From contig CAKZTZ010000007.1 of NCBI GenBank assembly GCA_937921695.1, positions 49,719 through 113,718 of the forward strand: a DNA stretch of 64,000 nt, in the 5' to 3' direction. The translations under genes and the position numbers were made by a program. Source of the DNA: an uncultured Sulfolobales archaeon. GTDB taxonomy: Archaea; Thermoproteota; Thermoprotei_A; Sulfolobales; Acidilobaceae. A model generated the notes under the pieces. It was not told the DNA's origin. It worked only from the letters and a program-made list of their open reading frames with translations, and did no database searches. This document shows, in pieces, positions 38,624 through 47,836 of the stretch. Numbering within the stretch: the stretch's first letter is position 1; the number at the start of each line of letters is the position of its first letter.

Positions 38624-39850
38624 CTATCGCCTCTGCTGGTTTACCCTATCGAGGAGTATTGAGTCTACCGCTTCTCTGATCCTCTCTGCCGGTATTTCGG
38701 GGGGTAGCCTTATTAGGGTTGTTTTGCCTCTCATTCCTTTCCCTGAGAGTCTAGCTTCTATGAGCCCTATTGTTGTCAGGTTTTTGAGGTAAGCATGGAA
38801 CTGTGTGTGTCCTCGCGGCTCTTCTCCATAGAATATTGATAGTTCCTCGTATTTCTTCCTTAGGTCTCCAGTCGTAGTCCAGCCTCCTTTCTCCATTGTT
38901 TCGGCGGCAACCGCAGCCACTATTATGAGCTCGTGGGTTGACAGGTTTCTAAGGTCTCCAAGAGGTATGTAGGCTAGGGCGCTCTCAGATATAGCTCTCC
39001 TCACATGCTCTTCTCTTATCGTGTTTTGTTCTTCAGCCTCCGCCAGCTCCGCGGCCGTCCTCAGCGTTAGTATTGCTTTCCTAGCGCTGCCATCGCCCCC
39101 CTTATCGTCCCCGAAATATTCGCTTATCATATCTAGTAAATATTCATCCCAGGAGCCGGGCGTTAAACCCTCTTCAGCCCTCTGGACTAGTATTGTTTTG
39201 AGCTCCTCACTAGTGTATGGTTTGAGGTGTACTCTGAAGCCTATCTGGCTCTCTATCTGCGGGATCCTCTCCCTCATGTAGGGCATCACTCTGAAGTCGC
39301 TAGCTACTAGGAGGAAGCTCATCCTGTTAAGCTCGTCCTTTGAAGGAACTTCCTCATATACTCTTAGAAGGGTGTAAAGGTCGTCATCGCTCATTTTAGG
39401 CGAGAGTAGGAGGCTCTGAAACTCGTCTATTACGACTAAGGAGAAAGTATCTTTAATATATAAATAGTCGACTATCGCCTTAAGGACTTCGATAGGAGAA
39501 CTCCCCCTAACACTAACGTTGAGACCTAGCTGATCCACTATAACTGAAAGTACCTGGTGTAGTGTGGGGGCTCCAAAAGCGTTCACATATACTGGTTTAA
39601 AGTTCACCCCCCTACTCTTAGCGAACTCTGAAAGACCCCTGCCGACGTGCCAGGCTACGGTAGTTTTACCTATACCGACTCTCCCTATGGAGCCGTATAT
39701 TAGTGATACATCTGTAAACCCGGAGTATTCCTGGAGCCTCGTAGCGTACCTTGAAATTATCATTGATGCTTCCTCCCCTCTCACGAGGAGTTTTCTGGGC
39801 TTGTAGCTCTCGTCAAACACCATTCTATCTCTGAATATCCTACTCGACAC
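38624..39850 (-). CDS. cdc6: Orc1/Cdc6-family AAA+ initiator paralog
   Basis: N-terminal IFRDRMVFDESYKPRKLLVRGEE, Walker A GRVGIGKTTVA, Walker B VVIDEFQSL, and a C-terminal winged helix FHAYLKNLTTIGLIEARLSGKGMRGKTTLIRL. Confidence 0.8.
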   Translation of the reverse strand: MSSRIFRDRMVFDESYKPRKLLVRGEEASMIISRYATRLQEYSGFTDVSLIYGSIGRVGIGKTTVAWHVGRGLSEFAKSRGVNFKPVYVNAFGAPTLHQVLSVIVDQLGLNVSVRGSSPIEVLKAIVDYLYIKDTFSLVVIDEFQSLLLSPKMSDDDLYTLLRVYEEVPSKDELNRMSFLLVASDFRVMPYMRERIPQIESQIGFRVHLKPYTSEELKTILVQRAEEGLTPGSWDEYLLDMISEYFGDDKGGDGSARKAILTLRTAAELAEAEEQNTIREEHVRRAISESALAYIPLGDLRNLSTHELIIVAAVAAETMEKGGWTTTGDLRKKYEELSIFYGEEPRGHTQFHAYLKNLTTIGLIEARLSGKGMRGKTTLIRLPPEIPAERIREAVDSILLDRVNQQRR

Positions 39851-39913
39851 TCCTGGTCTACCCCCTCCTCAGGTTACCTAGTAGTGTGTAAGTAAAGTTT
39901 ATAATCATAAGCC

Positions 39914-40444
39914 TTAATCTACGTAGAGCAATGTGCAATTAAGCCCGCAAACCCTGGTAATACCATAGGCTACGATGAATAAGTCGTCTACAGACTCTAC
40001 AGCTATAGCCCTACTAGCCCTCCTTGAAACAGTAAATCCTAGACTTGAAACGTGGGAAGATACTTCCTCAGAACCTGAAATATTCTTACCATAACCCCTC
40101 ACGGTTACCATAACCCTTAAAGGAGTCCTGGGAGCTCCCTCTAGAAGTTCCAGGATAACATTAAACAATTCACCCCTACTAGGGCCCATTAAAACACGGG
40201 AAGCTGGGACAAGCCTCGACATGAAGGAGAACTCTATCTTTGAAGCTAAACTACTAACCCTATGGGCGTCGAGCCTCTCTGAAAGTACTAGTAGAACCCC
40301 GGGGAACCTCGTCTTCTCAACTTTAACGCCCTCATCCCCAGCTATGAAAGCGTCTAGAAGCTCCTCCTCAAGCCAGTAGTCTCTCGAGGGCTTACTCACA
40401 GCTAGCGCCTTGACGAGCTGGGGCATATGTCCGTTAGGGGGCAT
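39914..40444 (-). CDS. Hypothetical protein (possibly a THUMP-like RNA-binding fold)
   Basis: 176 aa with only weak resemblance by eye (FPGVLLVLSE...SRLVPASRVL). Its start region overlaps the nth stop by 43 nt. Confidence 0.35.
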   Translation of the reverse strand: MPPNGHMPQLVKALAVSKPSRDYWLEEELLDAFIAGDEGVKVEKTRFPGVLLVLSERLDAHRVSSLASKIEFSFMSRLVPASRVLMGPSRGELFNVILELLEGAPRTPLRVMVTVRGYGKNISGSEEVSSHVSSLGFTVSRRASRAIAVESVDDLFIVAYGITRVCGLNCTLLYVD

Positions 40445-41085
40445 TCAGGGCACCTCGGGCTCCTGGCTGTGCAGTATTTCCTACCTAGCGATATTATGAG
40501 CCTGTGGGCTTCCTCAGCTTTCTCCGAGCCAAAGTATTCTAGGAGGGCTCTAGACACTTTATCATAGTTTTTCTTATCCGATAAGCCCCACCTCAAAGCT
40601 ATCCTCATAGCGTGAGTGTCTACAGCGAAGAAGGGGGCTTTCCTGACTACTGAGAGGAAAACATCTACAGTCTTAGCCCCCACACCTTTAACCGATAGGA
40701 GCTTCTCTCTAAGCCTTATAGGATCCTCTTCTAATAGGAACTTCTCCCCTCCAAGAGCGTTTACAGCCTCAGCGGCAGCTTTGATAGTCTCGGCTTTCTG
40801 CTTCCAGAGCCCTGCAGGTTTAATAGCCTCAGCTATACTTTCAAAACTAGCTTCAACTATGTCGCTCAGCTTAACCCCAACTTTCCTCTTAAGGTTCATG
40901 AAGGCTCTTATCGAATTCTTATCGTTAGTGTTCTGGCTTAATATGACTCCTACGAGCACGGAGAAAGCCCCCTCCCCTCTCTTCTCAGCTACTAGGGCAG
41001 TATATTCCCTCCAGTCTACTCTCAACGCTCTTTTAAGCCTCTCTAAAACCTCGGGTCCCGCAGCTCTCTCAGCTATGCTACGCAC
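40402..41085 (-). CDS. nth: Endonuclease III (HhH-GPD DNA glycosylase with a 4Fe-4S cluster)
   Basis: ILSQNTNDKN, HhH VKGVGAKTVDVFL, and the Fe-S loop CTARSPRCPECPLTDIC. Confidence 0.85.
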   Translation of the reverse strand: MRSIAERAAGPEVLERLKRALRVDWREYTALVAEKRGEGAFSVLVGVILSQNTNDKNSIRAFMNLKRKVGVKLSDIVEASFESIAEAIKPAGLWKQKAETIKAAAEAVNALGGEKFLLEEDPIRLREKLLSVKGVGAKTVDVFLSVVRKAPFFAVDTHAMRIALRWGLSDKKNYDKVSRALLEYFGSEKAEEAHRLIISLGRKYCTARSPRCPECPLTDICPSSSRR

Positions 41086-41139
41086 TCTAACACACCTTTT
41101 TCGCCTTGTTAAAGTTTAAAGCTAAAACCTTGAAACTAA

Positions 41140-41595
41140 TTGTTCTGGTGGGAGCTCTTGGAGTGTAAGGCTGGCTTCGAGCATTTAGAGCATACTGCTG
41201 ACGTGCTCATCGAGGCTAGGGGTAGGAGTCTCTCGGAGGCTTTCGAATACGCTGGGCTCGCCACCTACGAGGTTATGACTGACACTAGCATGGTAGAGCC
41301 TAGGGTTAGGGTTGAGGTTAAAGTTGAGGGTGTAGACCTTTTCAACGCCCTCTACAGGTGGATAGAAGAGTTGATAGCATACACAGACTCGAGCAGGCTC
41401 GTCTTCAGCAAGTTTAAAGTACACAAGATAGAGATAGGCCACGATAATGTTAAGGTGGAAGCAGAGGCTTGGGGAGAATATTTCGACCTCAAGAAACACC
41501 CTAGCAGGACAGTAGTAAAAGCAATGACCTACGCTCAGATGGAGATGAGAGAAGAGAGAGGATGCTGGACTGTGAAGTTCGTGGTTGACATTTAA
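41140..41595 (+). CDS. Archease
   Basis: FEHLEHTADVLIEARGRSLSEAFE, and C-terminal KAMTYAQMEM...VKFVVDI. Confidence 0.85.
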   Translation: MFWWELLECKAGFEHLEHTADVLIEARGRSLSEAFEYAGLATYEVMTDTSMVEPRVRVEVKVEGVDLFNALYRWIEELIAYTDSSRLVFSKFKVHKIEIGHDNVKVEAEAWGEYFDLKKHPSRTVVKAMTYAQMEMREERGCWTVKFVVDI

Positions 41596-42143
41596 CCGCG
41601 ACCTTCAAGCTTAACCCTACAAGCAGGGCATAACCATGCATCCTTAGAGTCTACATCAGCAACGCTATTACTGAAGGACATTACACATTTAGGGTTAACG
41701 CAATGGCTTAAGCCAAGGAGATGGCCTAGCTCGTGCATAACCTCCTTGAGGAGCCTCGAGAGAAACCTTGAAGCATCACTGTCGGAAAGCCTCCACGTGT
41801 ATACTGTGGCAACGCCCAGGTCTGGCGTTGCGAGCCCGAAGACGAAGTTAAGCCCGCTAACGTAGCCGTCACCGGCTACGACGCCCACGACAACCCTATC
41901 TCCTGGCTTAACGTAGCCCTCGTAGGCCTCTTTTATGGCTGTGTTAACTTCGGGGGCTTTGATTTGCATTCTCTTCCAGTCGAAGTGTTTAGAGTAGTTT
42001 AGGGGGAGGGGCCATACTGCTACTCTAGCTTCAACCTTGGCTGGTAGCCTGTTCTCGAGTTCTCCAGCTATACTTTGTAAGTGTGGGAGGCTTACTGGGC
42101 CAACTGGCTGTAATACTACTTCTACTACTTTCACTAAGCCCAC
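41592..42143 (-). CDS. amzA: Archaemetzincin (AmzA) zinc metallopeptidase
   Basis: HELGHLLGLSHCVNPKCVMSF followed by CPACR. Confidence 0.85.
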   Translation of the reverse strand: MGLVKVVEVVLQPVGPVSLPHLQSIAGELENRLPAKVEARVAVWPLPLNYSKHFDWKRMQIKAPEVNTAIKEAYEGYVKPGDRVVVGVVAGDGYVSGLNFVFGLATPDLGVATVYTWRLSDSDASRFLSRLLKEVMHELGHLLGLSHCVNPKCVMSFSNSVADVDSKDAWLCPACRVKLEGRG

Positions 42144-42162
42144 CTCGCGGGCTTCACATCTA

Positions 42163-42741
42163 TTAATCTAGGGTAGCGTATAGGGTTAAGGCTTTTAGGT
42201 TTAAATCTCTGCCTGGTAGGGTTTCAACGGATTTCATTAGACTGCGGGGGCTTATGAAGTCTTTGATATGGGAAACCCTATAGGCGTATCCTAGGAGTAT
42301 AATGTTAGCAACCCTGGAGTCTCCCAGTTTCTTAGCTTCCTCCGAGGCGCTTAAGAAGTGGGCTTCAAGCCCTGCGGATTTAACTGCTTCAACTATATCC
42401 TCTAACTTTAAAGGCTTAACCCCCGGTATTGAAGGTGGTATTATGAGAGTGTCGCTTACTATGACACCTTTCCTCCTCATATATCCTATGTTCCTCAGGG
42501 TCTCCATAGCCTCCATGCTTATCATTATATCAGCCTCCCCCATAGGTATTAGGGGGGCCTCTATGTTCTCCCCTATCCTAACATGGACTATGACGCTGCC
42601 GCCCCTCTGGCTCAGCCCGTGAGTCTCAGCTACGAGAGCTTCTAAACCATCTAGTACAGCTGCCTCCCCTAATACTCTAGCTAGACTCAGTATCCCCTGA
42701 CCTCCTACTCCCCCAACTATTATGTTCAGGCTCCCCCTCAC
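42163..42741 (-). CDS. iorB: Indolepyruvate:ferredoxin oxidoreductase beta subunit
   Basis: IIVGGVGGQGILS, 192 aa. It overlaps iorA by 4 nt. Confidence 0.85.
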   Translation of the reverse strand: MRGSLNIIVGGVGGQGILSLARVLGEAAVLDGLEALVAETHGLSQRGGSVIVHVRIGENIEAPLIPMGEADIMISMEAMETLRNIGYMRRKGVIVSDTLIIPPSIPGVKPLKLEDIVEAVKSAGLEAHFLSASEEAKKLGDSRVANIILLGYAYRVSHIKDFISPRSLMKSVETLPGRDLNLKALTLYATLD

Positions 42742-44666
42742 AGCTCCATCCCCAGGATCCTACCCCATTCTGGGTCCCCGGGCTCTAAGACTCTTATAGC
42801 GTTGAACGGGCACACTTGCTCGCAAACACCGCATCCAACGCATAGGCTGGCATTTATAGATACTCTACCATCTTCTCCAGGCATTATTGCCGGGCAGTTG
42901 AAAGCCTTATAGCATATCCCGCATGCTCTACACTTATCACTGTCTACGATGTAGATGGGCCTCTTAACCTTAAGGCTTGAAGCCCTCCTCACAGCATCTA
43001 GTATGCACGCACCTCTAGCGACTACCACATGGGTTTCACCTTCATACACAACATCTCTAATAGCCTCTCTTATCTTAGCCTCCACCTCCCTAGCGTTGAA
43101 AGAGTTAGCTACACTCACACGACTAACCCCAAGGCCTTTAACAACATCCTCTATAACTAGCTTCCTAGCCTCCCTCCCTAAGGCGTCACGGCCGGAGCCC
43201 GGGTGGGGTTGGTGGCCTGTCATAGCTGTGGTCCCATTATCTAAGACTAGGACAATCATGGGGGCACCGTTATATATGGAGTTCACAATCTCGGGGAGGC
43301 CGGCGTGGAAGAATGTTGAATCGCCTATAGTGGCCACTATAACTTTATCTTTAACGACGTGGGCTAAACCGTTAGCCAGCCCTATACCACCCCCCATCTC
43401 TATGAGGGTGTCCTGAACGTTAAACGGGGGGTTCAGGCCTAGGCTATAGCATCCTATGTCTCCAGAGTATATGGCTTCCATCTTTGACATTTTAACAGCC
43501 CTTCTTAGGGCATAGAATACACTCCTATAAGGGCACCCAGGGCATAGTACTGGAGGCCTTGGGGGTGGCGTTATAGGGGGGTTTATGGGGGTCTCAGGGC
43601 TATAGTTTAACCCTAAGATAGAAGCTAGGGCTTTAGTTACCGCGTCGGCTTTAAGCTCCCCACTCTTCTTCAAGTGTCTTGAGGCTTTACCGTAAACCTT
43701 AACTCTCACATCTTCCTCATATAGAATGCTTTTAAGGAGGGTCTCGAATACAGGGTCTCCCTCCTCGACAACAACTATGGCGCTCCTACCTTCAGACTCT
43801 CTCAGTAATAGTTTCCTAGGTGGCGGTATGCTCGTCACTATTTTTAAGAGCCTCACACTATTTAGAGCTTTCAGTTTGAAGAGAGACTCTCTAGCATACC
43901 TATAGCCTAAGCCGACACCCACCACCAGGATTTTCGAGTCTTCAGGCCCCTCAACAGTATTAATAGGGTTCTCTGAGAGCATCTCTTCCATCCTCTCCCA
44001 CCTGGATAAGAGCTCCTCCTTCAACTTCCTAGCGTGCATCGGCACTATATTCCATCTTGAAACGTCCTTAGTGAAAACACCTGAAAGCCTCGGCCTCGCT
44101 AGGGCCCCTAGGGTTACTGGGGCTCTTGTGTGGGAGACTCTAGTAGTTGACCTTAAAATTACCGGGTGCTTCATGTTTTCGCTAAACTTTAAAGCCTCGA
44201 GAGTGCTCTCGCGAGCCTCCTGAGCTCCGGCGGGCTCAAATACAGGTATATAGGCGTGTACACCATACCACCTATTATCCTGCTCGTTCTGACTACTCCA
44301 CATCCCCGGGTCGTCCGCAGATACTATGAGGAAAGATGCTTCCACACCCGTATAGGCACTACTGAATAGGGGGTCTGACGCGACATTCAAGCCCACATGC
44401 TTCATAGTTACTATACTTGGAACCCCGGCCATAGCTGAGCCATACGCTGCTTCAAACGCTACTTTCTCGTTTACACTCCACTCTACATAGGGATAGCCTA
44501 GCCTTGAGGCCGCATATGCTAGGGCTTCGATAACTTCTGAGGAAGGTGTTCCAGGATATCCTGAAGCGAACCCCACACCATGCTCGAGGCAAGCTCTAGC
44601 TACAGCCACGTTTCCGAGCATGAGAGCCCTAGAGCCCAGCTCCCCTAAAACTTCAGGGTAGCTCAA
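42738..44666 (-). CDS. iorA: Indolepyruvate:ferredoxin oxidoreductase alpha subunit
   Basis: TPP motif IGDSTFFHAG and two C-terminal ferredoxin motifs, CRACGICYKAFNCP and CVGCGVCEQVCP. Confidence 0.9.
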   Translation of the reverse strand: MSYPEVLGELGSRALMLGNVAVARACLEHGVGFASGYPGTPSSEVIEALAYAASRLGYPYVEWSVNEKVAFEAAYGSAMAGVPSIVTMKHVGLNVASDPLFSSAYTGVEASFLIVSADDPGMWSSQNEQDNRWYGVHAYIPVFEPAGAQEARESTLEALKFSENMKHPVILRSTTRVSHTRAPVTLGALARPRLSGVFTKDVSRWNIVPMHARKLKEELLSRWERMEEMLSENPINTVEGPEDSKILVVGVGLGYRYARESLFKLKALNSVRLLKIVTSIPPPRKLLLRESEGRSAIVVVEEGDPVFETLLKSILYEEDVRVKVYGKASRHLKKSGELKADAVTKALASILGLNYSPETPINPPITPPPRPPVLCPGCPYRSVFYALRRAVKMSKMEAIYSGDIGCYSLGLNPPFNVQDTLIEMGGGIGLANGLAHVVKDKVIVATIGDSTFFHAGLPEIVNSIYNGAPMIVLVLDNGTTAMTGHQPHPGSGRDALGREARKLVIEDVVKGLGVSRVSVANSFNAREVEAKIREAIRDVVYEGETHVVVARGACILDAVRRASSLKVKRPIYIVDSDKCRACGICYKAFNCPAIMPGEDGRVSINASLCVGCGVCEQVCPFNAIRVLEPGDPEWGRILGMEL

Positions 44667-44725
44667 ACGCTGTCCCCCCTAAACTTAAATATTTCCTGTT
44701 AAAACTTAAATTAAGGTGCTATAAC

Positions 44726-45493
44726 ATGTATAAATACGTTAAGGTTAGTGTTGAAGAGGGCATCGGATGGATCATAATATCTAGGAGCGAGAAGCTTAAC
44801 GCCCTAAACAGCGAGCTCCTAGAAGAGCTAGTTAAAGCTGCTGGCGACTTCGACTCTAGAGAAGACGTTAAAATAATAGTTTTAACAGGAGAGGGCAGAG
44901 CCTTCTCGGCCGGGGCAGACCTCTCAGAGCCAGCTTCAGCCTCAACCCCTGAAGAAGCAGGCAGAGTATTCAGAAACCTAGCCAAACTAGTGAAGAGACT
45001 ATTCAACCTGGAGAAACCACTAATAATAGCTTTAAACGGTGACGCCTACGGGGGAGGAGCAGAGCTAATATGGGCGGCAGACCTAGTGCTAGCTGTGGAG
45101 AACGCTAAACTAGTCTGGCCCGAAGCTAGATGGGGCTATAATGCTCCAATCCTAGCAGCCCTGGGGCCGAGCATATTAGGTCCTTCGAGAACAGCACTCC
45201 TCGCCATGACGGCGGAGCCTCTAACAGCTAAAGAAGCACACCACTACGGGCTAATAGCTAAGCTAGCCCCAAACCAGGAAAGCCTCAAAGAGGAAGTGAA
45301 GAAGATAGCGAAAACAATAATGGAGAGTTCACCCCAGGGAATAAAATCAATAAAGAACGCATTGAGATTAGCGAAAACAAGCCCACTAATAGAGCTAGGC
45401 ATAAGCGAACTAGAAAGACTAGCAAGAGGGAGAGAAGCAATAGAAGCAGCTAAAGCCTTCATATCCAAGAGAAAACCAGAATATAAATGGTAA
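44726..45493 (+). CDS. Enoyl-CoA hydratase/isomerase (crotonase) family
   Basis: LTGEGRAFSAGADL and AYGGGAELIWAADL. Confidence 0.85.
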   Translation: MYKYVKVSVEEGIGWIIISRSEKLNALNSELLEELVKAAGDFDSREDVKIIVLTGEGRAFSAGADLSEPASASTPEEAGRVFRNLAKLVKRLFNLEKPLIIALNGDAYGGGAELIWAADLVLAVENAKLVWPEARWGYNAPILAALGPSILGPSRTALLAMTAEPLTAKEAHHYGLIAKLAPNQESLKEEVKKIAKTIMESSPQGIKSIKNALRLAKTSPLIELGISELERLARGREAIEAAKAFISKRKPEYKW

Positions 45494-45532
45494 ATAAATA
45501 CTATCCTGGTCTAAGATAGGCTCGCGACTTTT

Positions 45533-46174
45533 CTACATGCTTTCAGGCTGCTGTTTTCTCGGCTCCTCACCGGCGCCATGCTCTGGGGTTGGCGGCTGCA
45601 CGGTCTCAGTGGGGGGTTTTATGCTGGTAAATGCTATTGCTAGTACTATCATGCCGGCTAGTAGGGCGAACGCTCCAATAACTATTATTATCGTAGCGGC
45701 GCCTACGAGCATTAATATGCCTGATATCCTAAATAGTTTTTCTCCAGACTTCTCCGCTAGTATGCTTAACGACTTATACATGAAATAGTATGCTGCAATA
45801 AGGATGACTATAAGTATGATGAGAGCGAGGAGAACCGTGCCGGCGACGCTAGATATTGAAGCTCCACCAGCTAAAGAAGCGAGAGCAGCGGCCCCCATTA
45901 AAGTCATGAGTATACCGCCAACTAGTATTAAGGCTATAAAATATAGAGCATACTTAAATATCGCCTCCTCCTGGTAGAACTTTGAAAACAAATAGAGCGA
46001 ATACGCAATACAAGCCCAGCCTACAAATGTAACTATAGTTAAGATATAGGATAGTAATAGGGGTAGCTGAGTGAAAGCAAAGAAGTAGTTCGCAAACATT
46101 GCTACCAGGACTATTATGACACCGGCAAGCCCGAAATTCTTAGCTCTATGGAAATCTTGTAACACTTTTAACAC
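45533..46174 (-). CDS. Hypothetical polytopic membrane protein
   Basis: 213 aa with about 5 hydrophobic helices and a Pro/Glu-rich C-terminal tail. Confidence 0.5.
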   Translation of the reverse strand: MLKVLQDFHRAKNFGLAGVIIVLVAMFANYFFAFTQLPLLLSYILTIVTFVGWACIAYSLYLFSKFYQEEAIFKYALYFIALILVGGILMTLMGAAALASLAGGASISSVAGTVLLALIILIVILIAAYYFMYKSLSILAEKSGEKLFRISGILMLVGAATIIIVIGAFALLAGMIVLAIAFTSIKPPTETVQPPTPEHGAGEEPRKQQPESM

Positions 46175-46496
46175 CGTAGTCTAACGTTTAAAGGGGATTT
46201 AAATATTTCTAGTTCCATTATGTGGGGTCTTCACCGGTAATACTCCTGCCTGCAATATCCTCGATAGTTTTCCTGTCGATCTAAGGATTACGTAACGCTT
46301 TAACATTGAAGTCTGCGGGGGAGTTTTATCTTGAAGACATCCTTGTAAGTCATAAAGAACGTGTTAAGATAAGCTCCGCCGGCGGAGTTGGCATAAGCTA
46401 GCTAGGGAAGCTGGTGAGGGGGAAGGTTGTTAAAGCTTTCACTTCTCAAGGAAAAAGCATGAATATAAGTTGTAAACTAATGGGTGATTTACAAGC

Positions 46497-46740
46497 CTAT
46501 GTATGCTTTAATAACATCAGATTTTTGGTGAAAACATATCCTTTAGGTCCTTCTAAGACTATCCTGTCCCGTTCTAGCATGTATATGTACTCTGCTTTCT
46601 CAAGAGCTATGGCCACATTCTGCTCCACTAAGAATATTGACATGCCCGTGCTTGTACAAGCCGTCACTCAAGATTCTAATGGCAAAAGCGCCTTAAGAAT
46701 AGTTCTTAGCGGTCTAGAAACGGGAGGATTTAAAGTTTGG
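46497..46740 (-). pseudogene. Remnant of a LivF/LivG-type ABC transporter ATPase (C-terminal part only, frameshifted)
   Basis: My minus-strand translation gives ..IFLVEQNVAIALEKAEYIYMLERDRIVLEGPKGYVF..*, which compares with the E. coli LivF region TIFLVEQNANQALKLADRGYVLENGHVVL. The preceding ..ILSDGLYKHGHVN is in another frame and stops lie upstream. No Walker A part is present. Confidence 0.55.
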
Positions 46741-46787
46741 AAGTTACTAGGCATAGTGTATATGTGAGGAGGGGAGGTTGAAGGTTT

Positions 46788-47249
46788 ATGGGGGAATATT
46801 ACTTTGAAGATCTCCCTGTAGGGTTTAAGTATAGGAGCCCGTATGGTAGAACTATTACTGATGTGGATAATATTTGGTTTACTCTTTTAACTAACAATGT
46901 AAACCCTATACATTTTGATAAGGTTTATGTTGAGAGGAATTATGGAGGTGAACCTTTCTATGGGAATCTCGTTGTTAACGGTTTACTCACTCTCGCAATT
47001 GTCACGGGACTTACTACTGAACTCTCAGCTAGAGGCTTCATGGTAGGGCTTGAAAACGTGAGATGGCTTAAACCCGTATTCTCAGGGGACACTTTAACTG
47101 CAGAGTGTGATGTTGTCGAGGCTAGGCCTTCTAAGAGTATGCCGGGCTTTGGCCTGGTTAAGTTGAGAACTAAGGGGTATAACCAGAGAGGGGAAGTTGT
47201 AGTGGAGTTTGACAGGGTTATAATTGTTCCTAGGAGAACTAGAGGTTGA
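46788..47249 (+). CDS. MaoC-like (R)-specific enoyl-/mesaconyl-/itaconyl-CoA hydratase (single hot-dog), copy A
   Basis: 153 aa with NVNPIHFDKVYVE and the hot-dog fold pattern. It is a paralog of 53883..54353. Confidence 0.8.
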   Translation: MGEYYFEDLPVGFKYRSPYGRTITDVDNIWFTLLTNNVNPIHFDKVYVERNYGGEPFYGNLVVNGLLTLAIVTGLTTELSARGFMVGLENVRWLKPVFSGDTLTAECDVVEARPSKSMPGFGLVKLRTKGYNQRGEVVVEFDRVIIVPRRTRG

Positions 47250-47295
47250 GAAGGAGCCCCCCATACCTTAGTAGTTTGCAAAAGCCCTATGTAGC
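46800..47295 (+). repeat. Direct repeat copy A: maoC-like CDS from codon 5 through the stop, plus a truncated citE-like start (TTGAGAAGGAGCC...)
   Basis: It aligns by eye with 53904..54415 at roughly 85% nt identity, including a 73-nt perfect run (46998-47070 = 54102-54174). Confidence 0.8.
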
Positions 47296-47836
47296 CTGCT
47301 CTTCATTTCCTTTGAGTTGTTTATGGATTACCTGGTGCCGTCCAGGTCTTCTTACATTTTCTAGTGGCGTTTCTTGCTAAAGCACTTTCTATGGTTTCAT
47401 TAGCTATTCATAATTTTTAAATACTGATTCCTCCTTTTCTCCATAGCTGTCAACTCTCTGAAAGCTCTGGATTTGGAGCTAAATTTTATAATCTAAAGTT
47501 GTGATGCTTCACAGAACTATGGAATGAACTTTACGTAGTTGGAGTACTATGTAAAATTATAGTTCTAACTATAAAGCTAGTCTGGTAACTTGACAACAGT
47601 AGTAACACAATCTAGGTTGCCAAGTTGTCAAGTCAACAACCAGCCTTAATACTATACGCTTGCGAGCTATGGGTTACGTGTTAGGGATCGTTAATTTGCG
47701 ATGTCAGCATAATAGCTATCATAGTATTATTATGGTTGTTTTGCCTCAGGAATGTAATTTTTTAGATTAAGCATAAATCTTATATAAAGTTTATAAAGTT
47801 ACTTAGTAAAGCTGAAGGTAAGGAGGAAGGGCTTAT

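Noticed and set aside
41592-41595. 4-nt convergent overlap of archease and archaemetzincin, and the 36-nt convergent overlap of YeeE with the PurM-like gene
   Set aside because: Tail-to-tail overlaps are common in compact archaeal genomes. There is no evidence of functional significance.
46414-46767. 117-aa plus-strand ORF
   Set aside because: It lies opposite the LivF-like remnant, which has far better protein similarity. It has odd composition, and no promoter or SD was seen.
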